Shown one piece after another: positions 57,688 to 64,000 of a stretch of 64,000 nt of DNA. The stretch is from Candidatus Latescibacterota bacterium (GTDB lineage Bacteria > Latescibacterota > UBA2968 > UBA8231): contig OZ241362.1 of NCBI GenBank assembly GCA_965200315.1, forward strand, positions 1,152,001 to 1,216,000. Reading direction: 5' to 3'. The stretch's first letter is position 1. Each line of letters starts with the position of its first letter. A model generated the notes under the pieces. The model did not search any database. It saw only the letters and a program-made list of their open reading frames with translations, and was not told the DNA's origin. The translations under genes and the position numbers were made by a program.

Positions 57688-59885
57688 CGCACGGTGAATT
57701 CCGAATGTACCTCGGCTTGGTTGCCGCTCATATCCCGCACCCTCAGTACTAGACGGTGCGCACCCGGCGGTAAATTTTCCAGCAAATGACCGTACACGCG
57801 CCCGGCTTCTGGATCGTATTCGGTGATCAGCGGGCGTCCGTCGAGCTCAAACTCAATGTCTGTTTCCCGCCTAATGCCCGCACCCTGATCGCGCACTGCG
57901 CCGCGAATTTCCGGGCGCGAGCCAACCACGACCCCCTCAGCGGGCTGCAAATTGCTAATCTCAGGGGGTTCCAAGTCGGCCAACAGCGCATAGCGGCCCA
58001 AGCGCCGCACCTGCGCCACCACCTGCCGGTTCCCAGCGTTCCATTCGTTGCTCACGAGCGACCACTTTTCAGCAGCGACCTCTCGGTAAATGCCCAGCTT
58101 CTCCGGCGGCAGCACGCCCCGGTCGTAGCGCAAGCGCAGTGCCACCTTGCGGTCAAAGCTAACATCCGGCCCCAAGGCAAAAGCCGGCCCGGCCGCGACT
58201 AGCGCAGCAGGCACTTGCGGCTCAAAAGTCTCGACTTGCGGGAAAAACGGCGCGTACGCGCTCTTCGCAGCAAAGCCCAATTCGACCGCGCCGTTAGCAT
58301 AGGTCAGCTTGGCTGCGGCCCCCGGCTTCACGAGCTGCCTATCGAGGACGACCTTTTGCACAGCACCCCCTAGCGTCCGTAGCAAAACCTGTCCCGCTGC
58401 CGATTCGTTCGCATCGAGCGGCACTACAACTCGGAACTCGCGCAAGCCGGTCTGACGGGAGCTGACATTAGCGGTATCAGCGCGGACCAAAGGCGTAGCA
58501 CTAGGCACTTGTTCATAGCGCATCACAAGTTCCACGAAATCCTCGTGGGGACGGCGCTCTAGGGCAAAGGTCGGCACAGCAGCCCCGGGGTCGGGCAGAC
58601 GACAAATGGCAAAGACCGTAGCGCCCGCCGGATCTCGCGCCCGAATCCGCCAGTAGGAAGCGTTGCGGTGGATCTGCCACTTGAGAGGGCCAGCTCGGCT
58701 CTGCCGCCGATCGACGCGCCGCCAGTTCTTGCCATCGCGAGAACTAGCCAATTCTACTTCCACGAGCGGGTTGTCTGCATCGCTCAGCCGCGCCTCGATA
58801 AAGATTCCATTCGCTTCCGCCGCAATCCGCGCCCCGGCAATAGTCGGCGGTTCGTCAACCACCAAGCCAAAGCGCGCCCGGCTCTCGTTGCCATTGACAT
58901 CCGCGACAACGACGATGGCTTCGTGCCGCCCCTTGGCCAAGTTTAGGATGCCATCGTTAGGCCCCTCGTAGAATTCGAGGCGATTGCCCGGCAGGCGACA
59001 CAAGTTGTAAAAGCGACCCACCCCGCCCTTAAAAGCAGCCAGCGGCCGGTCCAAATACATCTGGTGCATATCGCCGTAGCCGACCCGCTCGTAGCGCGCG
59101 GCAAAAACCAGCTCGCCATCGATGTGCAGTTCCGCGCGATAGGGAGCGAGCTTGTTGGGAGCCGCGTCAGCGCGATCGTACATCAACGCGCTGATGCTCA
59201 CCGGGCCGAGTACCTGCACGGGCTGCACCCCGACAAACTCCCCCCGGCTCGGTTGCCAGCGCAAACTCAGCACATACGGGTCGTGCCCTCCCTCCACTTG
59301 GGCATTGCGGCCATGCGGCGTGATGGCCACTCGTTGCAAGGTCGGCGCGCTTGTATCGGCGATGGCGAACCCGTGCAAGAGGGGATTGATTGCCACGTTG
59401 TTTGCGTCGCGCAGTTCTAGATGCAAATGAGGAGGGCCGGCTCCGCTCTCGCCGCTCCAAGCGATAACCGAGCCGCCGAGTACTGGAATTTCCCCGGCCT
59501 TGAAATACAAATCCACGCTGTAGCGTCCGCGCTGCTGCTGTGCTTGCTGGACGCGCTCGGCCACGGGCGCGGCAAAGCCCTCTAAGTGGGCATAGACCAC
59601 CGTGCGGCCATCGGGCAATTTCTGGTACAGTGCCCGGCCATAACCCCAAGGCGAGGTGCGTACGCGCCAGATATAGCCATCGGCTAGGGCCTGTACCGGG
59701 TGGCCGGTCTCGCCCCAAGTCTTGAGGTCTATGCCGGCGTGGAAAGCGCGGGAACGCGATTCGCCAAAGGTGGAAGACAAGGCCGGTGCAAGGCGCAGCG
59801 GCCAGACGAGACTCCCCTCTTGTGCGCTAGCCGGTAGCCACAAAGCCACCGCCAACAAGAGCATCCATTTGATCACATTAATCAT
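57684..59885 (-). CDS. Exported M23 family metallopeptidase
   Basis: Signal peptide; SSTFGESR...FHAGIDLK, YAHL, GPPHLHLE, INPL. Confidence 0.9.
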   Translation of the reverse strand: MINVIKWMLLLAVALWLPASAQEGSLVWPLRLAPALSSTFGESRSRAFHAGIDLKTWGETGHPVQALADGYIWRVRTSPWGYGRALYQKLPDGRTVVYAHLEGFAAPVAERVQQAQQQRGRYSVDLYFKAGEIPVLGGSVIAWSGESGAGPPHLHLELRDANNVAINPLLHGFAIADTSAPTLQRVAITPHGRNAQVEGGHDPYVLSLRWQPSRGEFVGVQPVQVLGPVSISALMYDRADAAPNKLAPYRAELHIDGELVFAARYERVGYGDMHQMYLDRPLAAFKGGVGRFYNLCRLPGNRLEFYEGPNDGILNLAKGRHEAIVVVADVNGNESRARFGLVVDEPPTIAGARIAAEANGIFIEARLSDADNPLVEVELASSRDGKNWRRVDRRQSRAGPLKWQIHRNASYWRIRARDPAGATVFAICRLPDPGAAVPTFALERRPHEDFVELVMRYEQVPSATPLVRADTANVSSRQTGLREFRVVVPLDANESAAGQVLLRTLGGAVQKVVLDRQLVKPGAAAKLTYANGAVELGFAAKSAYAPFFPQVETFEPQVPAALVAAGPAFALGPDVSFDRKVALRLRYDRGVLPPEKLGIYREVAAEKWSLVSNEWNAGNRQVVAQVRRLGRYALLADLEPPEISNLQPAEGVVVGSRPEIRGAVRDQGAGIRRETDIEFELDGRPLITEYDPEAGRVYGHLLENLPPGAHRLVLRVRDMSGNQAEVHSEFTVR

Positions 59886-59886
59886 A

Positions 59887-60567
59887 TTAATCACAGTCAC
59901 AGTCGTCCTCGTATGTATGCAGGGCCATGCGGTCTGGGGCCACTTCGAGAAAGTGGAGCGGCTTTTCGGTCCAAGCACCGGTGTTGAAGTAGCACCGGCC
60001 CTGCCGCTCAATGGCCATGGCCGCGTGCGTGTGCCCACAGACCACCGCTTCAACCCCCTCCTGCCGCGCCACGCGCAGGGCCTTGCGCGCCACGTGATCG
60101 TTGAGCACCCGGTAGAGCAAAGGCCATTTCTTGGCGTACTCGGCTACGTGGGCATCGCGCCCGCCGACCCAGATGCGGCCACGGTGCAAGCGGCGGAAGG
60201 CCCACTTAAACGCCGCATGCCGGGGCATCAGTCCGTCGAGCTGATGGCCGTGAATTACGAGCAGCAGCCGGTCGAGCCGCCAGCTATCGACAAAGCGAAT
60301 TTGCCCCGGATCGGCCAGCTTGAATTGGGCATCGCGATTGCCGTACACCCAGATCACCGGCCGGGATTGCGACTCGCTCACGAGGCGCTCCAGCACGGCG
60401 CGATGGGCGTCGGGCAGGGCTTGGCCCGGCTCATCTATGACGTCGCCGTTGAGCACGAGCGGCACCCCTTGGGGCAAGGTATCCAGCCAAGACAAAAAGT
60501 GGCGATGAAAAAAATAAGCCGATCCGAGGTGCAAATCGCTGACGACAAAGCAGCGCGTAATGCCCAT
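59887..60567 (-). CDS. Calcineurin-like metallophosphoesterase (LpxH-like)
   Basis: SDLHLG, NGDVID, GNRD, IHGH, CGHTH, NTGAW. Confidence 0.88.
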   Translation of the reverse strand: MGITRCFVVSDLHLGSAYFFHRHFLSWLDTLPQGVPLVLNGDVIDEPGQALPDAHRAVLERLVSESQSRPVIWVYGNRDAQFKLADPGQIRFVDSWRLDRLLLVIHGHQLDGLMPRHAAFKWAFRRLHRGRIWVGGRDAHVAEYAKKWPLLYRVLNDHVARKALRVARQEGVEAVVCGHTHAAMAIERQGRCYFNTGAWTEKPLHFLEVAPDRMALHTYEDDCDCD

Positions 60568-60717
60568 GCCCCTTGCTATATGGATTATATTATTGACTGA
60601 CGTTACGCAGTAGCTCTCTATCTTGTGGTTTCTCGAAGACTGTTGACCCAAGATATTGGGGCAAAATCGAGAATTTTTTGGAAAACTGCACAACGTCAGT
60701 TATTGACAAACCTCCCG

Positions 60718-62181
60718 ATGAATAAACAGACAACCCCCCCTCGGCGCAAAGCGCCCGACCCGCATAAATTACAGGCCCTGCTCCAGTATATCGGCCGCCT
60801 GCTGCCCAACGACCCAGAGCGCACGGCCTTTTATCAATGCTCGCGGACGCCGCCCCCAGCTTCGCTGCGCTTGAACGCACTGCAAGCCCAAGCGCAACAC
60901 GTCCGAACCTCGCTGCACCAGCGCGGCCAAAGCGTACCTTGGTGCAGCGAAGGCTTCGCCTTGCCGGAGCGCGACGCCAGCCTCGGCCAGACCCTTGAAC
61001 ACGCTATGGGCGCGTATTACGTCCAAGCCAAGGCCCCCATGCTAGCCGTCGAAGTCTTGGCCCCCCAGCCCGGCGAGCGCGTCCTCGACCTGTGCGCCGC
61101 CCCAGGCGGCAAGGCCACCCAGATTGCCGCGCAGATGCAAAACAGCGGCTTGCTGCTAGCCAATGAACTCCAGCGCAAGCGCATGCCCGCTCTCGTGGGC
61201 AATTTGGAGCGTTGTGGGGTGGCCAATCACGTCTTGACCCAAGCCCGAGGGACCCTGCTGGCTCGCTACTTCCCCAACTTTTTCGACCGCATCCTCGTGG
61301 ATGCGCCGTGCTCGGGCGACGGCATCGTGCGCAAAGACCAGAACATGCTCGCCTACTGGTCGCCGCAAGACGCCCAGCGCTTCGCCCAGCAACAGAAGGG
61401 CCTCTTGCGCGCCGCCTACCAGATGCTGCGCCCCGGCGGCACGTTGGTGTATTCGACGTGCTCGCTCTCGCTGGAGGAAAACGAAGAAGTGCTCCTCGGG
61501 CTGTTGAGCCGCTATGGAGCAGACGTGGCTATCCTCCCCATCGCAGAGTTCAAAGGACCGCCGCTGCCGGATGCGCTGGCCGCCCAATTTCCGGCCGAGT
61601 TCGCCCGCTGCGTCCGCGTCTGGCCTCACCACCACGACACCGAAGGGGCTTTTGTCGCTCGTCTCTCCAAACGCGCCCCAACACCAAGCCCCGAAGACGC
61701 CCCTGATTGGGCTACCTCAGCGACCGATCCCGCTGCCGCCGAATCCCGACGCGCCATCGAAGACCGGTGGAGCGGTACCCTGCCTTGCCCCTCGGACCAG
61801 ATATTCACCCTCAGCAACCGCCACCTGTGCCGACAGCCGGCGCTCGGTCCGGCCATCCAAGAGCATCTGCCCTACTTCGTCCGCGGCGGCATGAAGGTGG
61901 CCCGCCCCCACAAAGGATACCACTACCTGTCCCAGCAAACCGTCGCCCTGTGGGGGCATCTCATGCAGGGGGCTAGCGTCGAGTTGAGCTGGCCTCAACT
62001 ACAGGACCTGTTCGCCGGGCGTCCCCTCTACTGCGACCCGCCTACGGGCCTCAAAGGCGAAATTTTCTGCCGCTTTGGGCCGTGGACCGTCTGTCGCGCC
62101 ATCGCCAGAGAGGAAGGCCGCCTGGTCGAAGGGATGCTGCCGCGCGCGTTGTTCCGCGCTCAGCTAACGTCGCTGATATAG
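60718..62181 (+). CDS. RsmB/NOP2 family RNA m5C methyltransferase (RsmF-like)
   Basis: VLDLCAAPGGKAT, ANE, DRILVDAPCSGDG, LVYSTCS...ENE, RVWPH. Confidence 0.93.
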   Translation: MNKQTTPPRRKAPDPHKLQALLQYIGRLLPNDPERTAFYQCSRTPPPASLRLNALQAQAQHVRTSLHQRGQSVPWCSEGFALPERDASLGQTLEHAMGAYYVQAKAPMLAVEVLAPQPGERVLDLCAAPGGKATQIAAQMQNSGLLLANELQRKRMPALVGNLERCGVANHVLTQARGTLLARYFPNFFDRILVDAPCSGDGIVRKDQNMLAYWSPQDAQRFAQQQKGLLRAAYQMLRPGGTLVYSTCSLSLEENEEVLLGLLSRYGADVAILPIAEFKGPPLPDALAAQFPAEFARCVRVWPHHHDTEGAFVARLSKRAPTPSPEDAPDWATSATDPAAAESRRAIEDRWSGTLPCPSDQIFTLSNRHLCRQPALGPAIQEHLPYFVRGGMKVARPHKGYHYLSQQTVALWGHLMQGASVELSWPQLQDLFAGRPLYCDPPTGLKGEIFCRFGPWTVCRAIAREEGRLVEGMLPRALFRAQLTSLI

Positions 62182-62183
62182 GA

Positions 62184-62804
62184 TTATTTTTTCCCTTCCG
62201 GCCCCGGCCAAGGCGGGAAGAGTTGGTGTTCGAGCCGCAGCACATTGCAGACGCGGCCAGCGATAAAATCGCCCAAATCGTCCAAGGTCTGCGGCTTTTG
62301 GTAGAAGGCTGGCATGGCCGGCAATATGATGGCCCCGGCTTCGGCTGCGGCCGTCATATTGCGCAACTGAATCAGGTTGAGCGGGGTCTCGCGCACCACC
62401 AACACCAGTGGCCGCCGCTCCTTGAGGCTGACATCGGCCGCCCGCTCAATCAGGCTTGAAGATGCCCCACGGGCAATGCTCGACAGCGTTTTGACCGAAC
62501 AAGGCACCACCACCATACCGTCGATGGCCACCGAACCACTAGCGATGGGGGCCGCTAGGTCGCTGGCGTTGTACTCGCGCAATTCACCAACTTGGGTCTC
62601 CTCCCCATAGCACCGCGTTATAAATGCGCGCAAGCTCTCCTTGTCGGGGCGGAAGCCCAGCTCTTCGACGAGCAGGTAGCGCCCGTATTTGGACATAACC
62701 AGATGCACGTGGTGTCCGCCGATCAGCAGGGCACGCAGGAGGCGGCCAGCGTAGAGCGCGCCACTGGCTCCGGTAATGCCGACGACGATCTGTTTGCCGC
62801 TCAC
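62184..62804 (-). CDS. ubiX: Flavin prenyltransferase
   Basis: VGITGASG, ASGS, PCS.KTL, RAADVSLKERR, RETP, PAMPAFY. Confidence 0.96.
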   Translation of the reverse strand: MSGKQIVVGITGASGALYAGRLLRALLIGGHHVHLVMSKYGRYLLVEELGFRPDKESLRAFITRCYGEETQVGELREYNASDLAAPIASGSVAIDGMVVVPCSVKTLSSIARGASSSLIERAADVSLKERRPLVLVVRETPLNLIQLRNMTAAAEAGAIILPAMPAFYQKPQTLDDLGDFIAGRVCNVLRLEHQLFPPWPGPEGKK

Positions 62805-64000
62805 GACGCCCCCTTTAGCGCCTCGCGGCCCGCTTCGAGCGTGGCGACAATCGCATCCACGTCATAGACGCAACCGCCCCAAGTGCCACCGCCGACGTTT
62901 TGCAGCGCCGCCCACAGCTTAGTGTCGTCGGGCAACTCCGCTTCGGGCGCAAGGTCTGGGCGCAAGGTGCGCTCGGCCAGCACCCGTTGGCCTTCCTCTG
63001 CGCCGAACTCCTCGCCGCCGCCGCCGACCAAATCGATGCGGCCGCGCAGGTTGTGGCAGTCGATTTCAATGGCGATCAAGTCGCCGTCTCGCAGCTTGCC
63101 GATGGGGCCGCCAGCCAAAGCCTCTGGGCCGATGTGCCCGATACAAGGACCAGAGGAAAACCCCGAAAACCGCGCGTCCGTAAGCAGGGCCACGCGCTTA
63201 CCAATATCCGTGTATTTGAGCGCGATCGTAACCTGCGCCACTTCTTCCATGCCCGTGCCCATCGGCCCGCAGCTAATCATCACCAGCACGTCGCCCGGCT
63301 CGATCTTGCCGTCCTTGATCGCGGCGATGGTGTCGCGTTCGGTGGTAAAAACCTTCGCCGGTCCCCTGTGCCGATAGACCCCTTGCGCGTCGAGCAACGA
63401 AGAGTCAATAGCCGTGCTTTTGACGACCGCGCCCTCGGGCGAGATGTTGCCGACCGGGAAGCAGATGGTGCTGGTCAGGCCCTTGGCGTGGGCGCGCTCG
63501 GCGTCCATTATCACGTCGTCCGGCTCCACCCCGTCTAGCTTTTTCAGCTCCTCGCGGAAACGGTGCCGACGCGGTGCATTCTCCCACCAGTCGAGATTTT
63601 CGCCCAGTGTGCGGCCCGTAACCGTCATCACCCCCTCCTCCAACAGCCCCAAGCGGCGCAAGTGCAACATGACCTCTGGCACCCCACCGGCCAAAAAGGC
63701 GCGCACAGTAACGTGGAACTCTGGACCGTTGGGCAGCACATCCACCAAGCGCGGCACCTCGCGGTTGATCCGGTCCCAATCCCCCACCTCGGGCCGCTTT
63801 CGCCCAGCCGCATGGGCAATAGCCGGCACGTGCAATATCAAATTGGTCGAACCGCCAAAGGCCGCGTGGACGACCATGGCGTTGTGCAGGGCCGCGTCGG
63901 TGACCAACTCCTGCGAACGAATCCCCGCGGCCTCCAGCACCATTAGCGCCCGCGCCGAGCGCACGGCCATATCGCGCCAGACAGCCTCGCCCGAAGGAGC
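62801..64000 (-). CDS. YjhG/YagF-type sugar-acid dehydratase (IlvD/Edd family), 5' end outside window
   Basis: VHAAFGGSTN, FLAGGVPEVM, VVKSTAID, GPMGTGMEE, TDARFSG, GHIGPEALAGG, LWAALQ..GGGTWGGCVYD. Confidence 0.92.
   Translation of the reverse strand, partial: APSGEAVWRDMAVRSARALMVLEAAGIRSQELVTDAALHNAMVVHAAFGGSTNLILHVPAIAHAAGRKRPEVGDWDRINREVPRLVDVLPNGPEFHVTVRAFLAGGVPEVMLHLRRLGLLEEGVMTVTGRTLGENLDWWENAPRRHRFREELKKLDGVEPDDVIMDAERAHAKGLTSTICFPVGNISPEGAVVKSTAIDSSLLDAQGVYRHRGPAKVFTTERDTIAAIKDGKIEPGDVLVMISCGPMGTGMEEVAQVTIALKYTDIGKRVALLTDARFSGFSSGPCIGHIGPEALAGGPIGKLRDGDLIAIEIDCHNLRGRIDLVGGGGEEFGAEEGQRVLAERTLRPDLAPEAELPDDTKLWAALQNVGGGTWGGCVYDVDAIVATLEAGREALKGAS

Overview
GC-rich bacterial chromosomal segment from a diderm (LPS-export, TolC, porin and lipoprotein genes). 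The gene content resembles Latescibacterota/Gemmatimonadota-like lineages, but this is an impression, not a result. It is mostly housekeeping genes: ppk1, glmU-like, dapA/dapB, short purH, rpoN, lptB, an lptC/A-like fusion, pyrG, gatC, smc, tal, gmhA-like, dksA-like, mrp, rsmF-like, ubiX and a YagF/YjhG-type dehydratase. It carries a complete urea-utilisation cluster (urtA-porin-urtBCDE-ureAB-ureC-ureF-ureG, with ureD upstream and no ureE) under a sigma-54-type promoter; its urease and accessory proteins look plant/fungal-like. The most novel-looking locus is a four-gene operon at 27015-30537: a protein apparently made of three fused, divergent Rid (YjgF/UK114) domains, a two-subunit ComDE-like ThDP decarboxylase and a LarA-superfamily protein. 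It is followed by a BrnTA module bracketed by a perfect 188-bp direct repeat. Other notable items are two 256-aa UVR-motif paralogs, a sigma-54 promoter with tandem palindromes upstream of an ECF sigma gene, an intercistronic stem-loop with a 7-mer repeat loop, a MntA/HepT module and an IS982-like remnant. No rRNA, tRNA or CRISPR array was seen. All family assignments come from motif recognition by eye, with no database searches.
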